Made by a program: the position numbers and the translations under genes | The notes under the pieces: generated by a model | Told to the model about the DNA's origin: nothing | Databases searched by the model: none | Seen by the model: only the letters and a program-made list of their open reading frames with translations | Shown here: positions 28,725 to 40,846 of the stretch, piece after piece | Layout: the number at the start of each line of letters is the position of its first letter | Numbering within the stretch: position 1 is the first letter of the stretch | Assembly (NCBI GenBank): GCA_041687695.1 | Contig: JAWLBL010000013.1 | Location: 1-64,000 of the forward strand | Reading direction: 5' to 3' | Source: Myxococcota bacterium | GTDB lineage: Bacteria > Myxococcota_A > UBA9042 > PHBI01 > JAWLBL01 | DNA: 64,000 nt

Positions 28725-31082
28725 TCAGCCGGCCATGATGCGCTGGCGGCGCCGGCGCTGGTACAGCCAGTGGCCCAGGCCGAACAGCGCGAAGGCCAGC
28801 GGGGCCCCCGCGATGGCGACCACCTCTATGACCGTCCGGTCGCCGTCGTCGAGCTGCGCCAGCGGCCGGCGCTGGTACTGCTTGGAGCGGATCTCGACCA
28901 GCCCCTCCTGCTGCACCGCCCAGTCCATGGCGTTGAACAGGAACTGCAGGTTGTCCTGCAGCGTGTGCTGGACCTGGCCCAGGCGCACCTGCCAGTTCTC
29001 GAAGGTCGAGGCCCACTTGCGGAAGTCCTCGAGGACGTCCATGGAGCCCTCGGTCAGCTTGGCGAGCGAGAAGCCCGGCAGGATGCTCTCGTGCGATAGA
29101 TCCTCGAGCCCCAGGTTCGAGCCGATGACCAGGACCCGCCCCTTGCCGCTGTCCAGGCGCGGCTCGTCGGGCTTGCCCGCGGCGTCGGGCTTGGCCGGGT
29201 CGCCCTCGCTCGCCGGCGCCGTAGGGGCCTGCTTGCCGGCGAAGAAGCTCTTCAGCTCGCCCGTGGCGATGGCCGCGACCACCTGCGGCCCGGCGCCCGG
29301 CTGCCCGGCGACGCGTGCCAGCTGCTGCGTGGGGTCGACCGGGAAGCCCGGGTCGGTCGTGGTCACCGCCTCGGCCGAGGTGCGGATGAGCGGCGTCAGC
29401 GTGACGCCGGGCTGCTCCTTCAGCTCGAGCGAGGTCGCGTAGGGCAGGGTCAGCGACGACACCGCGCGCACCAGCGGCGAGCTGGCGTCGAAGTCGCCGA
29501 GCACCGGCAGCATCGGGAAGGGGAAGGCGCGCTGGGTCTGCCAGGCCAGCTGCCCCTGGCGGATGAGCGACAGCACCGTCACCGTGTCGTGGGCCCGCGG
29601 CTCCATGACCAGATCGCCCCGCGGCGACACGCCCCAGTGCGCCAGCAGCTGGTCGATGTTGGCCCCGTTCTTCTTCAGGCCGGTGACCGTCATCTCGCCC
29701 TGCTCGGTCAGGTTGTACAGGCTGACGTCCCAGGCGTTGAGGAAGACGACCACCGAGCCGCCGCCCATGACGAACTGGTCCAGCTGATACAGCTGCCACT
29801 CACTCAGGGCCGCCTTGGGGCCGAAGAGGACCAGCGACTCGACGTCGCCGGGGATCTCGTCCTGCAGATCGACCCGCACGATGTCGAAGCCGCGGCGCTT
29901 GAAGAGGTTGCGCTCGACCCCGGCCAGGATCATGTCGATGCGCTGGGTGATGCGGTCGAGCTGGCCGACGACCTGCTGCATCAGCGGGTTCTTCTGGCCG
30001 ATGACGCCGCGCAGCTCTTGCGGGACCAGCGGCTTTCCCGAGGGGAAGGGGCAGAAGGCCTGGGCCGCGCACACGAAGCCGATGCGCCGCTGTCCGGGCG
30101 AGTCGACCAGGGTCTGGTGCTCGGCCTTCATCGCCTCGGCGTAGGCCTTGAGCTCCTCGAACAGGCCCAGCGCCTCTTGCGCCTGCGCGTCGCCCCCGGC
30201 CAGCGCCTGACCCAGGCGCTCCCAGGCGCCCTTGTAGGCGTTGGCGACGGCGATGACCACGTCGAGCGGCTCGTGGCGCTGCTTCATGCCCTCGGCCGCG
30301 GTGAGCGCGGTCGGGATCTGGCCGCACGAGCCCTCGAGCCTGGCCTGCGCGCCGCGCAGCGCGTCGAGGCGCGCCTTGGTGCCCTCGGCGCTGAGCAGGC
30401 CGAAGGGGTTGGCCTGGGCCGGGTCGTCCTTGGGCATGGCGGCCTCGAGCCCGGCCTGACAGGCCGAGACCGTCTGCTCGAGCTTCTCGCCCGCCGCCAG
30501 CACGTCCTTCATCAGGATGGAGTGCTCGGCCTTGTCTTTGAGGCGCAGCATCAGCCGCGTCACCTCGAACTCGTAGAACTCGGGGTAGAAGGCGAGGGGC
30601 AGCTCCTCCTTGACGTTCTTGAAGTGGAAGCTGGCGCCCAGGGCGTACTGCTTGAACTCGAGGCGGTTGTCCTTGGCGGTCGCCTCCTCGCCCGAGAAGA
30701 TCTGCAGGTTGGCCTTGCGCGCCTGCTCGACGATGTCGCCGGTGACGTAGGTGACGGTCATCTTGCCGTCGGAGTACGACCGGTACTCCTCGAGCTTGTC
30801 GCGCAGCTTCTGGGCGACCCCGCGCAGGACGATCTCTTGACCGGCCTGGTCGCGGACGGTCTCGGGGAGATCGGGCGAGATGTAGACGCGGACCTCGAGG
30901 TCGTCGAGGGCGGCGACCGCCTGCTTGGAGGCGTCCGACAGGCTGTTGACGCCGTGCTCGGTCAGGTCGAGGCGGCCGAACAGGCGCCCCGAGAGCACGT
31001 TGACGAAGATGGCGATGGCCACCGTGGCCGCCAGGACGATGGCGGCGTTGGTGCCGGACTTCAGTCGGTTGGGTCGTGCCAT
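28725..31082 (-). CDS. GldG-family ABC transporter auxiliary component
   Basis: TM then RLDLTEHGVNSLSDASK; LVLFGPK...LDQFVMGGGSVVVF; NLQFLFNAMDWAVQQEGLVEIRSK; C-terminal TM and RRRR. Confidence 0.85.
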   Translation of the reverse strand: MARPNRLKSGTNAAIVLAATVAIAIFVNVLSGRLFGRLDLTEHGVNSLSDASKQAVAALDDLEVRVYISPDLPETVRDQAGQEIVLRGVAQKLRDKLEEYRSYSDGKMTVTYVTGDIVEQARKANLQIFSGEEATAKDNRLEFKQYALGASFHFKNVKEELPLAFYPEFYEFEVTRLMLRLKDKAEHSILMKDVLAAGEKLEQTVSACQAGLEAAMPKDDPAQANPFGLLSAEGTKARLDALRGAQARLEGSCGQIPTALTAAEGMKQRHEPLDVVIAVANAYKGAWERLGQALAGGDAQAQEALGLFEELKAYAEAMKAEHQTLVDSPGQRRIGFVCAAQAFCPFPSGKPLVPQELRGVIGQKNPLMQQVVGQLDRITQRIDMILAGVERNLFKRRGFDIVRVDLQDEIPGDVESLVLFGPKAALSEWQLYQLDQFVMGGGSVVVFLNAWDVSLYNLTEQGEMTVTGLKKNGANIDQLLAHWGVSPRGDLVMEPRAHDTVTVLSLIRQGQLAWQTQRAFPFPMLPVLGDFDASSPLVRAVSSLTLPYATSLELKEQPGVTLTPLIRTSAEAVTTTDPGFPVDPTQQLARVAGQPGAGPQVVAAIATGELKSFFAGKQAPTAPASEGDPAKPDAAGKPDEPRLDSGKGRVLVIGSNLGLEDLSHESILPGFSLAKLTEGSMDVLEDFRKWASTFENWQVRLGQVQHTLQDNLQFLFNAMDWAVQQEGLVEIRSKQYQRRPLAQLDDGDRTVIEVVAIAGAPLAFALFGLGHWLYQRRRRQRIMAG

Positions 31083-31103
31083 GGCTGGTGTCCTCCTCTC
31101 CGC

Positions 31104-31838
31104 CTACGCCTGGCGCCAGTTGCGGGCCTCGAGCGACAGCTTCGCGGCGACCAGGGCCACCGCGACGACGCTCGCGTAGAAGACGAGATCGCGCGTGTCG
31201 ACCACGCCGCGCGCGATGTTGGTGAAGTGGGCCTTGAACGACAGCGCGGCCATGGCGTCGCGGCCGCCCTCCCAGAAGCTGGCGACCATGGCGTCGACGC
31301 CATAGAAGAAGGCGCACAGCAGGACCGCGACGATGAAGGCGACGATCTGGTTCTTGGTCCAGGTCGACGTCATCAGGCCGATGGCCAGGTAGGCGGCGCC
31401 CACCAGGAACAGGCCCAGGTAGCTGCCGATGACCACGCCCGCGTCGAGGTCGCCGATGGTGCCGACGATGAGCGGGAAGACCAGGGTGGCGCCCAGGGTG
31501 ATGGCCAGGAAGGCCAGCGCGCCGACGAACTTGCCCAGGACGATCTGCGTGTCGGTGACCGGCAGGGTCACCAGCAGCTCGATGGTGCCGGCGCGGCGCT
31601 CCTCGCTGATGAGGCGCATGGCGATGGCGGGCAGGTAGAGGATGAAGAAGAGCGGGATCTGCTCGAACAGCGGCCGCAGGGTGGCCTGGTTGTCGCCGAA
31701 GAAGTCGTGGATGACGAACAGCTGGACGCCGCAGACCGCCAGGAAGACGGTGATGGCGATGTAGGCGATGGGGCTGTTGAAGAAGAAGGCCAGCTCGCGG
31801 CGGGCGAGCGCGCCGACGTTGCGTAGGGCGGTGCTCAT
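31104..31838 (-). CDS. ABC-2 permease, GldF-like
   Basis: RRELAFFFNSPIAY, MRLISEERRAGTIELLVTLPV, HFTNIARGVVDTRD. Confidence 0.92.
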   Translation of the reverse strand: MSTALRNVGALARRELAFFFNSPIAYIAITVFLAVCGVQLFVIHDFFGDNQATLRPLFEQIPLFFILYLPAIAMRLISEERRAGTIELLVTLPVTDTQIVLGKFVGALAFLAITLGATLVFPLIVGTIGDLDAGVVIGSYLGLFLVGAAYLAIGLMTSTWTKNQIVAFIVAVLLCAFFYGVDAMVASFWEGGRDAMAALSFKAHFTNIARGVVDTRDLVFYASVVAVALVAAKLSLEARNWRQA

Positions 31839-31840
31839 CC

Positions 31841-32779
31841 TCAGACCTCCTGCGTCAGCTTGCGGAAGATGCCCTCGAGGTCGAGCACCTCGCGGTGCAG
31901 CTCGACCAGCTTCCAGCCGCGGTCGACCACGCGGCGGAAGACCTCGCCGCGGAACTCGGCGCCCTTGGCCCCGACCAGCTCCAGCGCGACGGCCCCGTCC
32001 TGTGCGGTGAGCGCGGGGCGGACCTCGTCGACTCCCTCGATGTCACTGAGGGCCTGCTTGGCGTCGTCGACGGTCGCGCCTTCGACGACCACGCGGACGC
32101 GCGGGTGGTCCTCTTCGCGGGCCTGCAGCTCGGCGGGCGTGCCGTCGGCGACCAGGCGGCCGCGGTGCACGATGAGCATGCGCGTGCAGGTCGCCATCAC
32201 CTCGGGCAGGTTGTGGGTGGACAGGATGATGGTCCGGTCCTTGCCCAGATCCCGGATGAGGTTGCGGATCTCGACGATCTGGTTGGGGTCGAGGCCGCTG
32301 GTGGGCTCGTCGAGGATGAGGACCTCGGGGTCGTGGATGAGCGCCTGCGCCAGGCCGACGCGCTGCTTGTAGCCCTTGGACAGCGTCCCGATGGTCTGGG
32401 CCAGGCGGTCGGACAGGCCGCACATCTTGGCGACCTTTCGGATGCGCTCGGCGACCTGGGCGCGGGGGACGCCGCGGAGGTCGGCCACCCACTTCAGGTA
32501 GTCGTAGACCAGCATCTCGGGATACAGCGGCGTCGACTCGGGCAGGTAGCCGATCTTGCGCCGCACCGCGAGCGGGTCGTCGTTGACGTCGTGGCCGTCG
32601 ACCCGGACCGAGCCGCCCGACTGGGGCATGAAGCAGGTCAGGATCTTCATGGTCGTCGACTTGCCGGCGCCGTTGGGGCCGAGGAAGCCCACGATCTCGC
32701 CGCGCGCGACGGAAAAGCTGATGCCCTTGAGGGCCTCGATCTGGTCGTAGGTCTTGGTGAGGTCCCGAACTTCGATCAT
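31841..32779 (-). CDS. ABC transporter ATP-binding protein, GldA-like
   Basis: Walker A GPNGAGKSTT, signature LSKGYKQRV, ILDEPTSGLDPNQ; start MIEVRDLTK. Confidence 0.95.
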   Translation of the reverse strand: MIEVRDLTKTYDQIEALKGISFSVARGEIVGFLGPNGAGKSTTMKILTCFMPQSGGSVRVDGHDVNDDPLAVRRKIGYLPESTPLYPEMLVYDYLKWVADLRGVPRAQVAERIRKVAKMCGLSDRLAQTIGTLSKGYKQRVGLAQALIHDPEVLILDEPTSGLDPNQIVEIRNLIRDLGKDRTIILSTHNLPEVMATCTRMLIVHRGRLVADGTPAELQAREEDHPRVRVVVEGATVDDAKQALSDIEGVDEVRPALTAQDGAVALELVGAKGAEFRGEVFRRVVDRGWKLVELHREVLDLEGIFRKLTQEV

Positions 32780-32980
32780 CTCCGTCCTCGGTGTTCGCTC
32801 GTCCCCTGGAGGTCGAAATCGTTCGTGGATTCGGGCGCATGAGGGGGGGCGCCCGCGGGAAGGCGGTCGGCTAGGTAAACACCCGCCCCGGGCGGTCAAC
32901 CCGATCGGCGCGAGAATGTTCCCGCCGCGAGGACGGGAGCGCAGCCGACGTGCGGAAGGGCCGCCATACAGGGAGGTGAG

Positions 32981-33096
32981 GGCCGCCACACACCCAGGCG
33001 AGGCCGCCACACACCCAGGCGAGGCCGCCACACACCCAGGCGAGGCCGCCACACACCCAGGCGAGGCCGCCACACACCCAGGCGAGGCCGCCACAC
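32981..33096. repeat. 21-bp tandem repeat (ggccgccacacacccaggcga) x5 plus a partial copy
   Basis: Copies at 32981, 33002, 33023, 33044, 33065 and a partial at 33086. Confidence 0.95.
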
Positions 33097-33114
33097 CGGT
33101 GTGACGGGGCTCGT

Positions 33115-33179
33115 CCCCCTGTGTGGCGTAGGTCGCCCCCCTGTGTGGCGTAGGTCGCCCCCCTGTGTGGCGCAGGTCG
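33115..33179. repeat. 22-bp tandem repeat (cccccctgtgtggcgtaggtcg) x3
   Basis: Copies at about 33115, 33136 and 33158; core tgtgtggcg is the reverse complement of cgccacaca in the neighbouring array. Confidence 0.92.
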
Positions 33180-33276
33180 GGGAGGGGCAGCGCAATTCTC
33201 GACGCCACCGGACCTTCGGATTAGGTTTCGCCCGGATAGCGGGCCCGCGGAGCCGGGCGAGGAGTCGGGAGACACC

Positions 33277-33663
33277 GTGAGCGACGTCAACACGCTGGTC
33301 GGCCGAGGCAGCCACTTCGAGGGCAAGATGACCTTCGAGGGGGTGGTCCGCATCGACGGGAGCTTCGCCGGCGAGATCGTCAGCGACGACACCCTCATCA
33401 TCGGCGAGGGCGCCGAGGTGCGCGCCGAGCTGGACGTCGCGACGGTGGTCATCTACGGCGACGTCTACGGCAACATCCGCGCCTCGAACTGCATCGAGCT
33501 GCACGCGCCGGGGCACCTGGTCGGCAACATCATCGCGCCGTCGCTGGTCATCGAGCGCGGGGCCACCTTCGACGGCAACTGCCGCATGATGGGCGCCGCC
33601 GGCGGGTGGGCCCCCGACTACGAGGAAGAGGTCGCCGAAGAGGAGCTCGAGCCCGAGGAGTGA
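33277..33663 (+). CDS. Bactofilin (polymer-forming cytoskeletal protein)
   Basis: TLVGRGSHFEGKMTFEGVVRIDG...LVIERGATFDGNCRM; acidic tail; GTG start after a ggag RBS. Confidence 0.93.
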   Translation: MSDVNTLVGRGSHFEGKMTFEGVVRIDGSFAGEIVSDDTLIIGEGAEVRAELDVATVVIYGDVYGNIRASNCIELHAPGHLVGNIIAPSLVIERGATFDGNCRMMGAAGGWAPDYEEEVAEEELEPEE

Positions 33664-33670
33664 GCGCGGG

Positions 33671-34564
33671 TCAGCGCTTGCGGGCGGCCAGGGCGTGGAC
33701 CAGGTAGGTGACCTCGCAGCGGGCGTGGTCGCGGAGGGTCCAGGGGACGTCGCGGGTCTCGAGCAGGTCGTAGGCCAAGAGCGGCAGCAGCGGCGTCTGG
33801 CCGGTGAGCAGCGCCGCCAGCGCGGCCTCGGAGCCCAGCTGCTGCAGGGCCGGGATGGTGCCGCCGCCCAGCTGTTCGTCGGGTGGGGTCAGGCTGTCCT
33901 GCCAGTGGAAGGGGCTGGTCAGGACCAGCAGGCCCCCGGGGCGCAGCACCGCGTCGAGCTGTCCGATCAGGTTGACCGGGTCGGCGACGTTGTCCAGCAG
34001 GTTGGCAGCGAGCACGATGTCCGCGGTCTCGGCGGCCAGCGGCGGGTCCAGCGCGTGGGCGACCGCCAACCAGACGCCATCGATGGCGGGCAGGTCGATG
34101 GGCGCCTCGGCCCACTCGAAGCGACGCCCCTCGAGGCGCACGGGCACGGGCACCGGCTGGCCCGACAGCTGCGCGGCGGCGACCCGCAAGGGCGTCGCGT
34201 AGCTGTCGAGGCCGATGACGTGGGCGGCGTGGCGGCGGAGCGTCCGCAGATCCGGGCCGACCGAGCAGCCGAAGTCGACCGCCAGCGCTGCCTCGGGTGG
34301 GGCGTGGGCGGCCACCAGCTCGGCGATGGCGCGGCGCATCGGCGCGTCCGGCTGGGCGACCGACGGCAGGTAGCGCGCCAGGTGGCTGACGGCGCCGTAG
34401 GGGAGGGCGTCCAGGGGCAGCGTCAGCTCGTCGCCGAGCTGCCCCAGGTAGCCGTCCACATCCCGCAGCATCAGCGGGATGCCCTCGGGCGTCCGGGTGA
34501 GCTGCGACAGGTCCGCTGGGGTCAGCGGCCCGTCGCGTCCGGGGAGCCTGAGGGCGGGGTGCAA
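33671..34564 (-). CDS. Class I SAM-dependent methyltransferase
   Basis: AVDFGCSVG motif I, IGLD, VLAANLLD, LRPGGLLVLTSPFHW; start codon uncertain. Confidence 0.75.
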   Translation of the reverse strand: MHPALRLPGRDGPLTPADLSQLTRTPEGIPLMLRDVDGYLGQLGDELTLPLDALPYGAVSHLARYLPSVAQPDAPMRRAIAELVAAHAPPEAALAVDFGCSVGPDLRTLRRHAAHVIGLDSYATPLRVAAAQLSGQPVPVPVRLEGRRFEWAEAPIDLPAIDGVWLAVAHALDPPLAAETADIVLAANLLDNVADPVNLIGQLDAVLRPGGLLVLTSPFHWQDSLTPPDEQLGGGTIPALQQLGSEAALAALLTGQTPLLPLLAYDLLETRDVPWTLRDHARCEVTYLVHALAARKR

Positions 34565-34584
34565 GGTCCGGCGTCCGCCCCGCC

Positions 34585-35010
34585 TCAGGCGGGCGGCGGC
34601 GCCGACCTGACGAAGCGCGCGACCTGCAGGCGCGTCTCGGCGCGGCGGCGCGCGTCGAGGGCCAGCTGCAGCTCCTCGGCCCGGTTGGGGTCGGCCTCGG
34701 TCTCCTTGACGCGCTGGTTCGAGCGCTCGAGCGCGGCGCGGGCCCGCTCGAGGTCGATGTCCGTCGGCGCCTCGGCCGTCTCGGTGATGACGATGAGCCG
34801 GTCGTCGGCCACCTCGAGGTAGCCGCCGTTGACCGCCAGGAACCGCGTCTCGCCGCCCGTCGTGTAGGACAGGACGCCGATGCCGAGGCTGCTGAGCAGG
34901 GGCCGGTGGCCGGGCAGGATGCCGACCTCGCCGACCGTGCCGGGCGCGGTGAGCTGGCTGACGTCCGCCTTGACCTTCGACCCCCGGGGGGTGACCACTT
35001 CGAGCTGCAT
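34585..35010 (-). CDS. atpC: ATP synthase F1 epsilon subunit
   Basis: LEVVTP, GEVGILPGH, GGYLEV, DIDLERARAA. Confidence 0.97.
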   Translation of the reverse strand: MQLEVVTPRGSKVKADVSQLTAPGTVGEVGILPGHRPLLSSLGIGVLSYTTGGETRFLAVNGGYLEVADDRLIVITETAEAPTDIDLERARAALERSNQRVKETEADPNRAEELQLALDARRRAETRLQVARFVRSAPPPA

Positions 35011-35048
35011 TCGACTGGCTCCCGTCGCTCGCGCGTCCTAACGAATCT

Positions 35049-36542
<1,494 letters not shown>

Positions 36543-36582
36543 TCAGTGCCGCCGGCGCGCGGCGAGTGGGGTGCGACCGGCG

Positions 36583-37449
36583 TCAGCCCTTGAGGGCCTC
36601 GGCGCCGCCGATGATCTCCATGAGCTCTTTGGTGATGTTCGCCTGGCGGGCGCGGTTGTACTGCAGCGACAGCCGCTCGATGAGCTCGCCGGCGTTCTTG
36701 GTCGCCGAGTCCATCGCGCTCATGCGGGCGCCCATCTCGGAGGCGACGCTCTCGAGCAGCATCCGGTAGACCTGGACGGTGACGTGGCGCGGCAGCACCG
36801 CGTCCATCAGGTCCTCCTTGGACGGCTCGTAGATGAAGTCGGGCATGTACGCCGACTCGTCGGCCTGGTGCGGCACGATCGGCAGGAGCTGCTCGACGAC
36901 CACCTTCTGGCTGATGGCCGACTTGAACTCGTTGTATACGCAGTAGATGGCGTCCAGATCGCCCTCGCGGAACCGCATGATCGCCTGCTCGGCGATGTCC
37001 GAGGCGGTCGCGAGGTTCACGTTGGTCAGGACGTCCTTGAAATACGTCGCAATGTCCGCGTCACGGCGCCGGAAGTAGTCGTGGCCCTTGCGACCGACCA
37101 CATCCAGCTTGATGTGCTCGTGACCCAGCGCGTTTTCGCGCATGTAGCGCTCGGTCGCGCGGTTGATGCCGGCGTTGAAGCCGCCCGCGAGGCCGCGGTC
37201 GCTGGTCAGGATGAGCAGCTCGACGTTCTTCGGGGCGCGCTGCGCGAGCAGCGGGTGGTCCGAGAAGTCGGCGCGTGCGGCCAGCTGCCCGATGACGTCA
37301 CGCAGGCGATAGGCGTAGGGCCGCAGCGTCTGGATGGACTCCTGCGCACGGCGCAGGCGCGCCGCGGCCACCATCTTCATCGCCTTGGTGATCTGCTGGG
37401 TGTTCTTGACCGTGCCGATGCGCTTGCGGATGTCTTTCAGGCTGGGCAT
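36583..37449 (-). CDS. atpG: ATP synthase F1 gamma subunit
   Basis: ITKAMKMVAAA, SDRGLAGGFN, ARMSAMDSATKNA, RQANITKELMEI. Confidence 0.99.
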   Translation of the reverse strand: MPSLKDIRKRIGTVKNTQQITKAMKMVAAARLRRAQESIQTLRPYAYRLRDVIGQLAARADFSDHPLLAQRAPKNVELLILTSDRGLAGGFNAGINRATERYMRENALGHEHIKLDVVGRKGHDYFRRRDADIATYFKDVLTNVNLATASDIAEQAIMRFREGDLDAIYCVYNEFKSAISQKVVVEQLLPIVPHQADESAYMPDFIYEPSKEDLMDAVLPRHVTVQVYRMLLESVASEMGARMSAMDSATKNAGELIERLSLQYNRARQANITKELMEIIGGAEALKG

Positions 37450-37454
37450 GGGCT

Positions 37455-38987
<1,533 letters not shown>

Positions 38988-39039
38988 CGCGTGCTCCGGA
39001 AGGTGTGCGAGCAGCGTCACGGCTGCTCGGAAGGGCCAA

Positions 39040-39579
39040 TTAGCTGAGGACGGTCTCGCGCAGGCTCTCGAGGCGGGTGCGCACGCTGCCGTCGAGGACC
39101 AGCGTGCCGATGCGGGTCACCACGCCCCCGATGAGGCTCTGGTCGACCTTGGCCTCGAGGACCACGGTGGCGCCGGTCAGGCGCTGCAGCGCGACCTGGA
39201 TGCGGTTGAGATCCGCCCGATCGAGCGGCGCCGCGCTGACGACCTCGGCGCGGACGCGGTTGGACAGGGCGTCGAGGCGCTCGTTGAAGGCCTTGGACAC
39301 GGCCTCGACCTCTTCGATGCGCCCGCGGTCGAGCAGCATGAGGAGGAAGTTCCGCGTCGTCGGCGCGAAGAGGAACTTGGAGAAGAGCTTGACGAGGATC
39401 TGCCGCTTGTCCTCGAGCGGGACGACCGGGCTGGCCAGGACGCTCTGGAGCTGCTCGCTCGACCCGTAGGTGCGGGCGAAGGTCTCGAGCTGCTTGGCGA
39501 TGACCGCGTGGTTCTTCGCCTCGGCGCAGAGCTCTTCGAGCGCCTTGGCGTAACGGCGGGCGATCTTGACGTCGCTCAC
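39040..39579 (-). CDS. atpH: ATP synthase F1 delta subunit
   Basis: [25 protein letters not shown]. Confidence 0.96.
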   Translation of the reverse strand: MSDVKIARRYAKALEELCAEAKNHAVIAKQLETFARTYGSSEQLQSVLASPVVPLEDKRQILVKLFSKFLFAPTTRNFLLMLLDRGRIEEVEAVSKAFNERLDALSNRVRAEVVSAAPLDRADLNRIQVALQRLTGATVVLEAKVDQSLIGGVVTRIGTLVLDGSVRTRLESLRETVLS

Positions 39580-39586
39580 GAGTGCC

Positions 39587-40228
39587 TCACGTCGCGGGGG
39601 TGGTGCCGGGCGTGCTCGGGGCGCGCCCGCCGAAGGCGGTCAGGCCCTCGAGGCGCTCGAGCTCCTGCACGTAGGTCTTGACGAGGTTGCGCTGCACCTG
39701 GGGCGTCATGCGCTGCGCCACCTTCTGCTCGGCCAGCTGCAGGGCCCGCGCGGCGAAGTCGTGCTCGAGCTCCTCGCGGACCTTGGCGGCCTCCTGCTGC
39801 AGGCGCTTTTCGGCGTCGCGGCGCATCTTCTCGGTGGCCTCGCGGGCGTCGGCCAGGATGCGCGCTTTTTCGCGCTCGCCGTCCTGGCGGAACTGCTCGC
39901 GGATCTGCGCGATCTCGCCCTCGAGGCTGGCGAGCAGGGCGTCGTACTTCTGGAAGCGGGCCTCGGCCTCGGCGCGCAGGCGCGTCGCCTCGGCCATCTC
40001 CTTCTGCACGGCCTCGTGCCGCGAGACCAGGAAGGCCTTGGCCGGCTTGGCGCCCAGCCAATAGAGCAGGCCCAGCAGGAGCGCGAAGTCGATGACGTAG
40101 AACCCGTGGACCGTCCACTCGAAGCCGCCGGCGGCGGCCAGCGGGCCGGCGCCCAGGCCGAGGGCCAGGGCGGCGGGAGCGGCGGTCACGCTCAGCGCCA
40201 GGGCGCTCAGGAAGGTGAGGCGCTTCAT
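39587..40228 (-). CDS. atpF: ATP synthase F0 subunit b
   Basis: N-terminal extension, TM (VIDFALLLGLLYWLGAKP), charged coiled coil; upstream of atpH. Confidence 0.9.
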   Translation of the reverse strand: MKRLTFLSALALSVTAAPAALALGLGAGPLAAAGGFEWTVHGFYVIDFALLLGLLYWLGAKPAKAFLVSRHEAVQKEMAEATRLRAEAEARFQKYDALLASLEGEIAQIREQFRQDGEREKARILADAREATEKMRRDAEKRLQQEAAKVREELEHDFAARALQLAEQKVAQRMTPQVQRNLVKTYVQELERLEGLTAFGGRAPSTPGTTPAT

Positions 40229-40710
40229 GCGTTGCCCTCCTCGGCGCGCAGGATGCGGTCGGCGGCGAGGGTGGCCAGAGCCTCGACCTCGCGCTGCATC
40301 GCGGCGCGGACCTCGGCCACCTGGGCGTCGAGGCGCTGCTGGCCGGCCGCGAGCTGCTGGTTGACCTCGGCCGTGACGTCGGCGGTGAGGCGGTTGCGCT
40401 CGGCGGCGGCCTCGCGCTTCAAGTCCTCGCGGATGGTGACCGCGCTCTTGCGCGCCTCATCCATGCGCTTGTCGTAGGACGTGAAGGCCTCGGCCGCGCG
40501 GAGGTCCATGCTCTCGGCCTGTTGCCGGGCGCCCTCCATGCGCGAGTACCGTGCCTCCTGCGCCTTGACCATCGGCTTGACCACGAGGGCCCGCAGCACC
40601 AGGAAGAAGACCAGGAAGATGCCGAGCTGGACGAGGAACGTCCCGTCGAGATCGACCAGGCCCGCCGCTTGGATGTTCTGATGCAGGCTGTTCTGGAAGG
40701 GCTCCAGCAT
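40225..40710 (-). CDS. ATP synthase F0 subunit b'
   Basis: DLDGTFLVQLGIFLVFFLVLRALVVKP then coiled coil; ATGA overlap with atpF. Confidence 0.9.
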   Translation of the reverse strand: MLEPFQNSLHQNIQAAGLVDLDGTFLVQLGIFLVFFLVLRALVVKPMVKAQEARYSRMEGARQQAESMDLRAAEAFTSYDKRMDEARKSAVTIREDLKREAAAERNRLTADVTAEVNQQLAAGQQRLDAQVAEVRAAMQREVEALATLAADRILRAEEGNA

Positions 40711-40846
40711 GCGCACTGTCTCCAGGCCGGACGGAGCGGCCCATACGGTCAGGGGGGAGGGGCCGTCTGAGGCGTGCGCTGCCTAGCACACGGTTCTGAG
40801 GGGCGTCAAGCCAAACGGACCGAGCCGAGAGCCGCGCTCCGACTGG

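Noticed and set aside
32981..33179. Possible CRISPR array or coding repeat (EAATHPG / VAASPGC ORFs)
   Set aside because: The repeats are directly tandem with no spacers; the ORFs crossing them are upstream extensions of the ABC ATPase frame or shadows without coding bias.
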